Of a DNA stretch of 64,000 nt, positions 12,949 through 26,780 are shown piece by piece. Positions within the stretch are counted from its first letter, which is position 1; each line of letters opens with the position of its first letter. A model generated the notes under the pieces. It saw only the letters and a program-made list of their open reading frames with translations. It had not been told where the DNA came from and did not search any database. Source of the DNA: the human T2T-CHM13v2.0 reference genome, Homo sapiens; assembly GCF_009914755.1 (NCBI RefSeq), contig NC_060927.1; one strand, given 5' to 3'. Made by a program: the position numbers and the translations under genes.

Positions 12949-13499
12949 TAATAGTATTCTAATTTAATACAAATAGCTCATGTAACTTCCCAATTTAATA
13001 TCAATATCTCTGTGAATATCAGGTTACCTTTTCAATTTAATATCTAACAATATCTCAATATCAATTAAGAGCTGATGTTTCATTATAAAGCGACATCTTG
13101 CTCTTCATAATATAGATTAAAAATATTTCTTCCCCAAATCTTTGAAAATGATGGAATGACCAATAGTTTGATATGAAGATTAAATGACAATTTAAATGTG
13201 GAAATAATATTGAGAGATTCTAGGGCCAGACTGAATCCCAAGTGATTATTCTCGGCAGTTATGCAGTAAAGAGGATAAACACGGACGTTCTGAGACTCCT
13301 TTTCATTTCATCAGTATGGGGCCCTGAAATAAAGAAGTTTGAGAAAAAAAGTTATTATTATACAAAGATTATCTTAAATGATAAAAAAATCAATAGGTGA
13401 GACTTTTTCAGATAATTCAGCAAAAAGGAAAAAAATAATGTTTCTAGTTGCACCAGGAAAAAAATTAGAATATATTGTTAAATATTCATTCCCCTAACA

Positions 13500-13790
13500 G
13501 GAATCAGGGATCCTTGAATAAATGTCTACCTCCAGGACTTGGGCAGGGAAAGCACAAGATGATCCTGGAACATTCTGTAATGTCAGAAAGTTAAGGAAGT
13601 GCTCAAAGAAAGACAGGGACATGTCAAAGCGAAAGAGAGCTCAGCTTGGAGGAGCCCCCCGCTGACCAAATCTGTGGCAATTTAAGCATTCACATAAATA
13701 ATGATAAGATTGGATTTTATTGCGGTAGAATAATATAACAATCCAAGAATACAAACAGATATAAATAAATGACCAACTGGAAAATTTAAT
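13500..13790 (+). mobile_element. L1MD/L1MC-like 3'UTR fragment
   Basis: gggcagggaaagcacaagatgatcctggaacatt...aaggaagtgctcaaag...gaccaaatctg. Confidence 0.65.
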
Positions 13791-13965
13791 GAGTCACATA
13801 AAGTGTACATTTTAAAACAAAGCAAAATATGCTAAGGCAGATAACGAAAGTCCAAATCAAATGCTCTGAAAGATCAGTGTGCAGCAGGAAACAGGCAGCA
13901 ACTTTATGGCAGTGCAGGGAAAGACCCGGAAGTACGGATAAGAGCCCATAGAAATTATTCCAGGA

Positions 13966-14338
<373 letters not shown>

Positions 14339-15177
14339 CTATTTGCTGTGCTCTTGTTTCTCAGTTACTTTAGCTGTTTTGTGGTGCCTGCTCTTTCAAG
14401 GTTATCATATTGTGTTTTGGCACCTTCTTATTTCACAGAATCTCCCCGTGACCTCTTCTCAGTAATTGGTTTTTATTTTTACCCCCATTATTGATTTTTC
14501 TGTCTTGAAACACATGTTAAATGAGCAGGCATCATTTATCACAGTTTTCTTGTTTTGACCCTGTCAATTTCACATTATAATGGGAATACCAGAAGAGAAG
14601 GAAAATTATTATGACTATAACGGCCTGTAAAGGCCTCATAGAAAAGACAGCATTTAAATAAGTCGCCCCCAAATTAGTAGGCGTATTTTCTCTCCACATA
14701 GAAATACATATTTTTTTTTAGTTTTTACCATTTATAATTTCATTAAAATGTTATATATTCATTATGACTCAAGCACTACAGAAAAGTTCAAAGAATAAAG
14801 TTTAAAAAGAATCCTTACCACTCAGAAATAACTATTGCTTATACATTATTTACATGTCGTTTCAGGTCTCACTAGATAGATAATTAAAATATATATGTAG
14901 ATGGACAGAATAATAATAATATTACATCACAATTTTTATAGGGTACTACTTGAGTATAATGAAAGATAAATTTAAGATATTTAAAATGTAAATATTAAAT
15001 ATCAACATAGTATTTGAAATTCAAGGATTTGCTGATATGGGTTTGCTGACATAAATTTCTTTACCACAAACTTTATTAGCGTGTATATTCACAAGATACA
15101 ATTTTTAAAAATTATTTCTTTGTAGACCTCTATGTGTTTTTCCAGTCTACTTTATTTAAGCTTGCCATTTTAGATAG

Positions 15178-15636
15178 TGTCTATGCTGGATATTCTTTGT
15201 ACTTCTCCAAATCCATTCTCCGTCATTCTCCACCCTGTACTGTGACCTAGGAGGCTGACCTCTGAATTTCACTGTCCATGCTCCTATGCTCTCTGTCTTC
15301 CAAATGGATTTGCCAATGGGTGGCATCATCAGGAGATCAGAGGGAGAAAATTTGTCCCCCTTAATGCTTTTTTTGGGGCCATGGGTGGACAATGACTTCC
15401 CTCTATGGCTACAACTTGTTTCAGCCCCAACTCCTGAGAATGACATTTCTCCATAGATGTATCACGCCAAGTGCTGGTAATTGCCTCTTTCCTCTGCCCC
15501 TTGGTAGAATCTGGGTCCTTCATCATCCTTCATTGTTTTACCTAAACATTGTCCACAGCCTTGTAAATTGTTTTTCATTCAACTGTCTTCAACAACAGTG
15601 TGCCATCTGTTTTCTGCTCAGATTCCAACTGGCATA
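15178..15636 (+). mobile_element. LTR33-like ERVL solo LTR
   Basis: ggaggctgacct...ttgccaatgggtggcatcatcaggagatcagaggg and terminal gtgtgccatctgttttctgc. Confidence 0.7.
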
Positions 15637-18002
15637 ATGTCTAATGATTCCCTTCTACGAAAATTATACTTCCTCTCAACATCTACTCACAGATTTATAG
15701 ATCTTAATTTTTTAATTGCCCTGCTAGATACCTTTATAATTCTACATCATAGACTGTAATTCCTATTTTTTTCATTTATACATTTCAGGTATTCATTGAC
15801 TTCCCAATAGGAAAGATGAATAATTTAGCAACCCTACTGTGCCTAAGGGAAGAAATTTATCAGCCAGAGAGAAAGAGCTGTGCATGCTTACAATTATTAA
15901 TAGAAAAACATCATGTTGGAACTGTGTTTGACCTTCAGTCAGTGTATCCTGCATTCCAGCCAGAATTTTATCGCTATTATGTATAAAAATCTATGTCATT
16001 TAAAAAATAGTATTTTTGGTATGACTTCTAACACATATCACAAATTTCCTCTTCAAACGTGAAATGCATTCAATAATAAAATAATCAGGAAATGGAAGTA
16101 TCATATGAAACTGAGTCTATCATTTAGATGATTGTTACTGCCTTTCTGTAGGTAATCTTATTTGGAGGTAAAGAACTAGAAATAGGTTCTTTTGATATTG
16201 ACATATCTTGAACAGCCACACATAGAAATATGTTGCCATAGAGCCCAGTAAATGGTAATTCAGATTTGCTAGGCCTTGGCTAAAAACTGGATTCATAGAG
16301 CTCTGACTCCTTCAAATTCCTAGATTTTCACAGTTCAATGTGCTCAGTGAGCTGGGGCACTGTCTGTTGGAAGAATATGTATCTTAGACCTTTTCCCTCC
16401 ATCGGCTTTCCCAACTCTATCCTTTCAGTCCCTCAGGCCAAATACCTTGAAGTTATTCCTAATGCCTCTCTTTCTCTTATCTCTACATCCTATCCTTTAA
16501 GAAATTATATTTTCTCTTTATTAAAAATTTATATTAGATGACAGGTGAGTAGATATTACTGTTTCATTTTTATTTTTGAGACTGGAGAGACTCAAGCAGG
16601 TTAAGTGATTAGATCAAATACGCACAGCTAAGGAATGTATTCTAAAAAAATTAGGAGATGTAAACAGGAAAATAATCAGCCACACAGATGCCTCCTTACC
16701 CTACAAATTATTTTTTGTAGTGTCATACCAAAAACATTTGTTATAAAGCATTTGTGCTTCATGCAATGAATTCTTTCTTATTTATTAAAAAATATCCCTT
16801 TTTCCTCACTATGAGACAGAACTTATGATCTCGATGAACTGAGTTTACTGTGTTTGAACCTGTTTGTGAGTTTCACTGTTGCTATTTTCACTTATTCTTT
16901 TACTGTGCCTTTGCTAAGATACTGATACTGAGAGTTTTGTGTTTTTTCTTTAAGTCTGTTTACATGGATTATAAGTGGGTGAGGTTTCATAAAAGAAAAA
17001 TCTTTATAAAAATACTCTTTAACATCAGCTTATATTAGCTATTGTTAAGTTGAACATGACTGGACTGAGAAAATATTTCAGTTGTGTCTGTGTTAAAGGC
17101 AGTTCTCACTGTCTTTCACATTGTCCTTTACGTTTAACTAGTATTTTTCTGTCTTTGTGATAGGAATTGTTTAGGCAAGATTTCTTTGTTATTCCTGAAT
17201 CACGCTTGCATTTATTTATTTTTTCAAGTGTTTAAAGGAAGTCATGAGAAAATGTATTTCTCTTTTATTTTAGAAAGAAGTTGACACTCTGCTAAAGCAG
17301 CCATTAAAAAAAAATCTGAAATGATCTGAGCAAATAAAAATGAGCAAATGTCAAGAATGTAGAATCATGAGAATTCAACAAAGTATAACAATGGCCTTAA
17401 TATTTTAAAATAGCACGTTTTAGAAAACATTGGAGATAAGAGAAAGTAACTTATGGAAAAAAAAAGATCCATCAACAAAAAGTTTAAGGCAACCAGATCT
17501 GCCTCTTACAATCTATGTTTTGTTGGTGTGAAGTGAGTCTAAAGAGTTCTATAAGGTCATTTATAATACATCTGATGGATGTTATAAGGTGTAGTATGAA
17601 GGCAGTAAAAGAGTCTGGATTACTTTGAAGTTTGATGCGTATGTCTCCCAACTCTTATGTTACAAGTAGGGCAGAGAGAGTGACATGACCTAGTCTACAT
17701 ACCTGGATGTTGGAATCCTAAGCCTAGTTCTACAAGGAACTAATTCTGCCACCTTGGAAAAGTAATTTTCCTCTGTAGAGGTCAGGTTTCTTGTATGAAA
17801 AAGTATATTGGCTATTGAATCTGTCTTATTCTGTCCTTTTTCAACTGACAAGTATTCTTATTGGGTGAACTGTCCTAACTAAAAATGTCAGTACATTCTA
17901 ACTGTAAATGTTGCAGTGTTAGAAACTTAAAATTTTGGAAGAAGTGAATAATTGAAATTAAAAGACTTGCCTCTTAAGAGATATACTAGTATCTAGCTAG
18001 TA

Positions 18003-18066
18003 GCTTTTAAGTTTTGAAAGCCTTTACTTCATGGGGCTAAATAAGATTCATGTGCTCAAAGTCACA
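18003..18066 (+). repeat. 64-bp dispersed copy of 18811-18878
   Basis: gcttttaa.ttttgaaagccttta(ttta)cttcatggggctaaata.gattcatgtgct.aaagtcaca at both sites; flanked by ACTAGTATCT direct repeats. Confidence 0.93.
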
Positions 18067-19965
18067 ATATTTATTTATTATAGCATCTAACTAGTATCTT
18101 TCATATACAAATTCATGTGACAACCTATAATTACATTTATGATATAGAGTTACAGTATAGCAGCATACCATAAATCACGGCAATGAATTATGGAGCATCT
18201 ACTTTGTGCCAACTATTTAGATACTTAGATACTTCACATAAGGTTTCATTATAACAAGTCTACAAGTATAATATTACTTTACACTTATATACTAAACACA
18301 GATAGCCCTTAGAATGTTTAGTAGTTGTCCGTGGTCACACATTCTAGCAAATGGCAGAATCTATACATTTCAAATTCTAATTAAAAATATTTTCAGATAG
18401 GAATTTAAATATGGATTTCATTAACATTAAAGTCTATACTCTTCCTTAAACCAAGTTGAGAAGACATCTATCGTGGGCTCAGAATTCCATTCTTTTCCCT
18501 ATACTCGTACTTTCTTCTTCTGGATCCTGGTTTTCCTCACTGTAATGGAAGAATTAAACCAGGCGATCTCTACTTATTTCTACAGTCTTAAGATAAACTA
18601 TGAATACACTTATTTGAGCTCATGTCCCCCTTCTCTCCGTAGTGCATTTACAAGACCTGTCAGATAATATTTTTGAAGCATTAAGGATGAAATTTTACTT
18701 CTGTTGTTTTCTCTTTAACTCCTCCTCCATTTAGGCAGGCAGACATTCTTTATGTTGCCTCAAAAAAAAAAGATAGCAAAAATAAAAAAGAAGGGGAGAG
18801 GCAGTCTTTGGCTTTTAAATTTTGAAAGCCTTTATTTACTTCATGGGGCTAAATAGGATTCATGTGCTGAAAGTCACAGATTTGACAGCATATGGGATGG
18901 GAGGGGAAAGGGGGTTATTTTCCATGCTAAAAACTTGAAAAGATCCTTCGGATTATGCAGGAAAAAGCCTGTGCTGATGTGATGAATGCAGAGCTCACCA
19001 GATCCCAGGAAGAGATGAACTGATCTTGAATGATACAGACAGAAGCAGTGTTAGCAGCTGACACCCCTTCTCCCCTAACTCTCTCTCGCTTGTGCTCACT
19101 CTCAAGTTGAGCTATTGCTGGCTAGGGCTTAAAAGCCACATGAGAGTAGCATCAGACTCATAGCCACTCACTCAGTTTCCACTGGAATGAGAAAGATAAA
19201 TAACCTGGAGGGAGGGGTTCGGTTACCTTTCATGATGGCATCTAGCCAACGAGACAGAAGCCAGCAAGTGGCCCCACTGGCTGTCCAGTGGAAGTGCTAT
19301 TTATCCTGCCCAGTCCCCATCTGACTTGCCTCATGTAAGGACTCATTTTAATATCCCACAATATTGATAAGCCCTCTAGATGGAGAGTTACATCAGGGTA
19401 ACTAGAGGGATAGAAGCAGTGTGGAAAACAAATTTCCTACCTTTTCCCATTGAACGTCCATGTTTGTATATGGGCAGGACTGAATGTAACCAGCTCTTAA
19501 TTTCCTACACAAACAAGTTCAGCAATAAAACCCACCTTACAAAAAATAAGTCCTGCTTGTTAAATTAGAACATAGTAAGAATTTCAAATAGAGAAGATTC
19601 TCCTTAAGGAATAAAACATAATGTTTTGGGCATATCTTCCCATGAAAAAAATCATTTTAGATTAGAAAACTTTCAAGGCACTGTTGACTATTCCTTGTAG
19701 TTACCCCCAAGATTGAAGTTATTTTTTATACTTTTTATTAAGCTTCATGGGATTTCAAAACCCTGAAGTTTATCTACCTCACCTCCAACTCTGCCCTGAA
19801 CAACGTGTGGCAAAAGGTAGAGTTTATTAATTCCTATTCCCAAAGGAATACACGATCCGATGGGAATGTGGGCCTGAGTCTCATTATTGTACCAATGTTT
19901 TAAAAAAGGATACCTCCTGGGTAGCTAGGTCTCACTGGTTTTGCCCAAGTACATTTATTAAACAG

Positions 19966-20337
19966 TGATATGGTTTGGCTGTGTCCCCAGCCAAATCTCA
20001 TCTTGCACTGTAGCTCCTATAATTCCCATGTGCTGTGGGAGCAACCCAGTGGGAGATAATTGAATCATGGGGGCGGTTTTCCCCATACTGTTCTCATGGT
20101 AGTAAGTATCACGAGGTCTAATGGTTTTATAAGGGATTTCCTCTTTCTCTTGGCTCTCATTCTCTCTTTGCCAGCCACAGTGTAAGACATCCCTTTGCTC
20201 TTCGTTCATTTTCCACCATGATTGTGAGGCCTCCCCAGCCATGCGGAACTGTGAGTCAATTAAACCTCTTTTTTTTTTAAATAAATTATACAATCTTGGG
20301 TATGTCTTTATCAGCAGCATGAAAACGGGCTACTACA
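19966..20337 (+). mobile_element. THE1B/C solo LTR (ERVL-MaLR)
   Basis: TGATATGGTTTGGCTGTGTCCCC...CTACTACA; 5-bp TSD AACAG at 19961-19965 and 20338-20342. Confidence 0.93.
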
Positions 20338-20874
20338 AACAGGCTTTAATGACTTAAGTGTGTTGTGTGTGTGTGTGTGTTTTGGAACATCTCCTATGGT
20401 ACACTATTCCTAGATAGCATTTGTTAATAGCCTGACATTCCAGGAAAGTGCAGATATGTGCAATTCCAAACACCACGCATAACCAGCACCAAGTATCAGA
20501 GAACTTACTATAGTCATAAATGCTTCTTAATTAATGTTTAATTCCTGCTGGTGAGGTAAGGTTAGTGACATTAAATATATATCACATCCTGAAAAGAGCC
20601 TGATGAGAGATCTTTGCAAAATAGAAAACTCTCTCTTTACGAACACTATGCAATTAGGATGTTGGCAGCTAAATTTATCTGGACATCAGCTCTCAGTCAA
20701 TACAATGTATTTTCATTTTATATCACAGTTCAAAGTGGCTAGTTGAGGATTATAACTTTGGCAATAGCCTATGTTAATTTTTATTTGCCAACTTAAGAAA
20801 CATTATCATTGCATTCTTGTTTCAGCAACCTGTAAACAAGTGGTCTGTACCTTCATCCAAATTACTACCTACTG

Positions 20875-21290
20875 CTCCATTATTCATCAAACATTCATTA
20901 AATATGTATGAGAGTTTTCTTTCTGTGCAAGAATTGGGAGTGGTGCTATGGGACTCTAAGGTGAATAAGACACAGTCACTGAGCTCAAATTACTCTGGGT
21001 GTGTGGGAGAGAGACAAGTACTCTAAGAATCACATGAAACATGACCCAACCCAGCCACTGATTTTATGAGCTTGAACTTTTTTGTGATATTGACCATCTT
21101 CAATAATTAAATCTTCCATAAATAGTAAACATATATATACATTTATTCAAAAAATGTTTTTAATGATGTGTTTTATATCAAGTATTATGCTAAGTACTGG
21201 AGATACAGGCAAAATTAAATATAGACTGGACCTTAATGAGCTAACAGTTGGACAGCAAAGGCAATCACTAATAATGTGCCATAAAGTATG
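20875..21290 (-). mobile_element. L2 3'-end fragments
   Basis: tattcatcaaacattcatt...ggtgaataagacacagtc; tatttattc...tgctaagtactggagataca. Confidence 0.55.
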
Positions 21291-22324
21291 TATATTGTAC
21301 CACAGACTAGATTTAATGCCCCAAAAGAACCCCAAATACGTTTTGAACAATAGTAGTATTATTAAAATAGTTGTAAACTTCTAAGGGGATTATTTTGAAT
21401 GGATAAAAATGAATCTGCATTTATTTGGATGCATTGTCTCTGGTCTGGTCTTTAAATGTACCCACACATGCACAGTATAGCATGGTACAAAAGACATTGT
21501 ACTTGGAATTTTGAGATCTGGCTTCTAGTTCTATACTTTCTACGTTGATCTTGGGTACTCTCTTACTTGCTCTGCTCCTTAATTTTATGTACTGTAAAAT
21601 TAACATTGACAAGTTAGTCTGTAACACCTGGGGCAATCCAATATTGTACAACTGTACGGAAATTGCAGACTTGACTTCTTCAATTGCAAGGTCAATGGTG
21701 AAAAAAACTGACTCTGCTGGTTTGAAATGACAGGACCAACTGTATTAATACCTTCATGAAATGAAATAGAAATGGAACTTAGAAACCACAGGGACTTCCC
21801 AGTGAGTTGGTGAAAATCCCTTCTTCTCCAAAGTCTAGTTACTAGCTTCCATTTCAGGTATAAAAGTTTTCATGAAAACAAACCTGCTTAAAATGAAGCT
21901 ATTTGTGACTGCAAATACTTTCTTTAAGGTCCAGGACACATTAATACCTTGGCCTGAAGTTGTACTTAATACAGAGGATTAGGGTATTTGATGTGAGAGG
22001 TGAGACATCCTGAGGTTAGAGTCTGAAGATGATGATATCACTCGCTTGGCTCCTTACTTATGAGACGTCAAGCAAGTTCTATGCCAATGCAAGGGGAAAT
22101 TTCTCCTTAATTTGTTTGTCACAAGTCCTGAACAAATAACCATTTGTTTACCTAATATTGTCCCTTGAAACACACTGGGCTATTGCCAAAGAAGGAATAG
22201 TGAAAGTACCAAAAAAAAAAAAAAAAAAAAGAAAGGATGGTGCCATTTCTACCACATTTTTTAGGGGAAGTTATAGTCCTAAAAAGTGAATGTCTTCTCT
22301 CTGATCTATCTTACTTTCCAAGTA

Positions 22325-22531
22325 TGCTAAGTCTTCACTTAATGTCATTTATAGGTTCTAACTGTGACATTAAGCAAAAGGACATATAATGCAACCAGTT
22401 TTCTTCCTTATCAATATTATAACAAAACAATGTTGAACAAAATGGCATTATTCAAGGAAATGCCGTATACTGCTTCACTTAAAGTTGCAATATCCAACAA
22501 CCTGTCATAGACATTAAGTGGGGATTTACTG
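22325..22531. mobile_element. MER6-family (Tigger) MITE
   Basis: Degenerate TIRs ctaagtcttcacttaatgtc / gacattaagtggggatttactg. Confidence 0.65.
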
Positions 22532-23517
22532 TTAAGTTGATCTTGGCTAACAATTATTATTAATTTCTTTTATGAACGTAGATTATTGGGTTGAAAGTTT
22601 TAATTCCTGATATTTTTCTTTACTGGGCATAAAAAAATTCCATGACTGTTTCAACCAGAACCAGTTTTGTGGACAATTATACCTAGAATGAATAGATGAG
22701 GAATTATTTTGTTGTATATGTGCACTGGAGATTATTCTATGATATGTTGATAGGAGACTTTGACAGATGGTTGGTCTGGTGCATTATAGTAATGGGATGG
22801 ACTCCTGACTATATGGTTCTTGGACACATTAAAAGTGCCTTTTGAGCTTTAGTTCTCTCAATGCAAACTGGAACACATGATATACTTTTCATCTCCCAAA
22901 GAGCAGTGGTGACAGAGTGTTCCTTGAATAATCAAAGGTCTAATAAATTATCTTTTAAATTTATTTTTCAAAACAAATATTCTTGCTCATGTGCCACAGG
23001 AGACTTTGCACTACAAGAAGGCTTTAGTCATTAGGGAAAGACGTAATCACAAACTCCTTTTATCAAGTCATAGTCCATGGGACAGATGGAAAGGCAAACT
23101 AGCCAGCAAATGACATGGTCTCATATCCTGCCAGAAATTGCAGTAGTAAGAGAGCTCCAGTTGATATCTTATATTAAGTTCACTCTCTGGTATTCTAATG
23201 GCTACTTACCAGAAAACAGCTCATCCATCCAAACCTGCAGGGATATCTCTACTGAAAAACTGGCAGCCTTAAGGGACCATAAGTTCCATTTGTATTTAAG
23301 TAAACACCTGTTAGTATTAGATGTCATAGGTTGTTGGAAGACTGAGCTACTTAATAGGATCATGAAATATAAATAATGTAAAGAATATTTTTGGGTTCCA
23401 TTAAATACCTTTTAAAGAATCAGAGTCTGGAATGCCAGAGGAGGTATAAAACTTATAGATCATCTAGTCTCCTCCCTCTACTAGCAGATGAAAAGACTGA
23501 GTCTTAAGAGAAATTTA

Positions 23518-23825
23518 GGCCAGGCATAGTGGCTCATACCTATAATACCAGCACTTTGGGAGCCTGAAGAGGGAAGACTGCTTGAGGCCAGGAGTTCAAG
23601 TTCAGCCTTGGCAACATAGTGAGATCACCTTCTCAAAAAGAAAATAAAATTAAAATTAAAAAAATTAGCCAGGCATGATGGCATATACCTGTAGTCCTAG
23701 CGACTCAGGGGATGAAGCTAGAGGATCCCTTGAGCCCAAGAGTTCAAGGCTGAAGTGAACTATGATCATGCCACTGCCCTTCAGCCTCTGTGGCAGAGTG
23801 AAACCTGTCTCTTAAAAAAAAAAAA
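23518..23825 (+). mobile_element. AluJ inserted in a MIR
   Basis: cttgaggccaggagttcaag...cttgagcccaagagttcaaggctg; MIR halves on both sides (about 23420-23517 and 23855-23940). Confidence 0.92.
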
Positions 23826-24479
23826 GGAGGAAAGAGGGAAAGAAAGAGAGAGAGAACTTGCCCAAAGACACACACCTAACTACTTGCTGATGTAGAATTT
23901 AGGTCTAGGTCTCCTCACTCCTAGTTAAATGTCCAGTTCACCATCTTCCATTTCACATTTCCTGAATGCCTATTATTTGGTACTTCCAATTAGTGATAGA
24001 TTACTAAGATTTATCTCTGACTTAAAGGAGCTCATGGTTTAATGGAGGAGGGAGAGATGTGAATTACAAATATTAGGAAGACTATGTAAGTTTCCACAGT
24101 GGAGGAATACATAAAGAATATGTAGAAACAAAAGAGCTAATAGGTGCTCTTTGGATTGCATGCATCCCAAATATATAAAGTAAAAGAGAATTTTCATGAA
24201 AGTTCCCTCTCCAAACCTTACATGTCTGGATTCACCAGCCTCATCCATTCCTTCTGTGAATTATTATGAGTTTTTAAAAATATTAAGTGCTATTCAATGA
24301 AAAAAGTGTGTAAAAATGTAGATTATCATCTCATTTATATAATAATAAGACATAGGTATAAAAACAAATAAAATAAATATTTTCTGAGGGCTAAAACTAT
24401 GAATATTTTTGGTCCCTTGAAAATGATATTGATTGCTAATCATAAAGTAATAAAAAATATATATTTTTATTATAAAATT

Positions 24480-26030
24480 AAAATACAAAACTCAAAACTT
24501 TAAAAATTTTAGGAAAAAACATAGGATTATATATTAGTGGAATTAGGAATTAGGAAGGATTTCATAAACAAGTTCCCAATATCATAAACCAAAAAATAAT
24601 ATTATTGAAAATTTTGACTTCATTAAAATTTAAAACTTATTTATGAAAGGACACTGTGAATCTAAAATTAAGTCAAAGAGAGGAAGAAGATTCTTCCTAC
24701 ACAAATTAATAATGAATAATAAAAGTTATGTCTAAAATTTATAATGAACTTCTAAAAATAATGAGAAATTGTCAAATAATCTAATATAAACACATGTTAT
24801 ATACAGGCATTTCAAAGAATGAGAAATCTGAAAGACTGTATATGAAAATATATGAAATCTCAATAACAACCAGATAAATGTTTATTAAAATCACAAAGAA
24901 ATGCCATTCACATTCATTATATATGCAAATTTAAAACTTGGCAAATATCAAGGGCTGTTGAGGATAGAGTCAAAAGGCTCATATACTGCTAGTGGAAGGG
25001 TAAATTAGAAAAGTAACTTGGGAGCTCAATTTGACAATATCAGGTAAATTTGAAAATGCCGTATCTTATGATTCAGAAATTTCATTTCCAGGAATATTCC
25101 TTATGGGAACTCTCACATATCTACATGAATAAATGTCTATAAGAATGATCATTATGACAGTTTATAAGACTAAAGTTGGGATAATTTATATGTTCTTCAA
25201 AGGAAAAAGAATATATAAACACAGTGAAATTCTAGGAAGCAACTAAAATAAACTCGATCTTCATGTATCAAGATAGATAAATTAGATAAATATCAGATCC
25301 CATAATGTTGAATGTAAAAATACAATAAAATTGGATGCATAAAGTTTAATGTCATTTAAAATTTGTCAAAATTAGTACAAAATATTATAAATATCAAGTA
25401 TACAATATAATGGGAAAGATGCATATTAACATTAGGGCACATATGAACTTTGAGGAGGGTAATAGAATTTCAGGGGTGTGCAGGATATCATTAACCTTTT
25501 ATTTCTCAGTATTATGTCTTTAAAACCATATTTAATTTTTTAATGTACTTTTTATTCTAAAAGAATTTTTTTTTAATTCTGAAGCCAATATAGAATATAG
25601 CAGTATTATATAAATCTGAGTGGTATTTATGCATATGTCTATTAATTATTTTTTATATATTTGTATATTTGAAATATTTAATGATAAATATTAACACATC
25701 AAAATCAGGACATATTGGATATTTATTTAAACTAACAAATTGTGAATAAATGCATTTATGAATCTATTGGGATACTGAAGAGTAGATATTTGATTATCTG
25801 AAATAATTGTTTTTTTTAAGGTGATATTTATCTTATACCAAAATATTTACAGATAAAATGACGTCTGAAATTTTCTTCTATATTATCTATAAAGGATGGA
25901 AATGGGTAGGAGTATAGATGAAATAAGATTGGCTTTGAATTAATTTTTGAGGCTGGAAGATATATATATATTAATTCATCATACATATTCAGCATACTTG
26001 TCTCTACTTTCCCACAATAAAAAGTGGAAA
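24480..26030 (+). mobile_element. Old L1ME/L1MC ORF2-3'UTR fragments
   Basis: aaaattttgacttcattaaaatt, aaaatcacaaagaaatgccatt, catatactgctagtggaagggtaaattag. Confidence 0.6.
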
Positions 26031-26669
26031 ATATATATTGTGTTTTTAGAAAAGCAAGTCATAGAAAAAAAATGACAGTGCAGTTTGAGTTCTCCTTTAC
26101 CATTTCCATCAACACCATTGGCATTTCCAGACCTCTTCTCTGAAGTTCTGTATGCATTAATACCTGTAGAAATGGAAGTGTATGGTTTTGTACATGCGTG
26201 TTATCACATTGGACGTATTCTGTAGCTTCCCTTCCTCATTGCCATAAACAACATTTGTCAGACATCCACTTAAGTCAGCACACTTTTCCTACGTAATTAT
26301 TTTTAAGGCTGCATTAAACTTCACACAACAATGTCCCATATTCTCTTATTGATTGATAGATGGATATGTTTTTTAATACAATTTGAAACTTTGTGAAACA
26401 TACTGCATCTAAAATCCTTGTGTAAATGTTGTGGGTCTATTTTTCATTATTTTTAACTATTAAAGATTAAATTTTCTACAATTAACATAATATGTATATT
26501 TATAATTGTAAAATACATGCATATAATGATAAGTAACATATGAAAAAGATTCCAATGAAAATCAGCAGTTCTCTGGATTATAATTTTCTGCTGTCCAGCA
26601 CATTTAACAATTTCTGAATCTAGTTCATCTGCTAGTTTTTCTAAAACTCTAAATCTGTACTTATATCTT

Positions 26670-26780
26670 TATTTTCTTCAAATTAGTAGATGTTATATGA
26701 CACCTATTTAGTAGATGTTATATGACACCTATTTCTATCTGTATTTTCTTCAAATTAGTAGCTGTTATATGACACCTATT
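26670..26780. repeat. Triple local duplication of ttagtagatgttatatgacacctatt
   Basis: Copies at about 26670-26708, 26708-26734 and 26742-26780. Confidence 0.92.

Noticed and set aside
16810-16935. Possible C/D-box snoRNA (ATGATC/GATGAA ... CTGA)
   Set aside because: No canonical RTGATGA box C, no terminal stem and no recognisable guide.
19966-20337. THE1 LTR as an exapted promoter
   Set aside because: Known for the family in general, but nothing in this copy or its flanks supports activity.
26670-26780. Repeat-spacer-repeat pattern reminiscent of CRISPR
   Set aside because: Primate DNA, only three irregular copies, no unique regular spacers and no cas genes.
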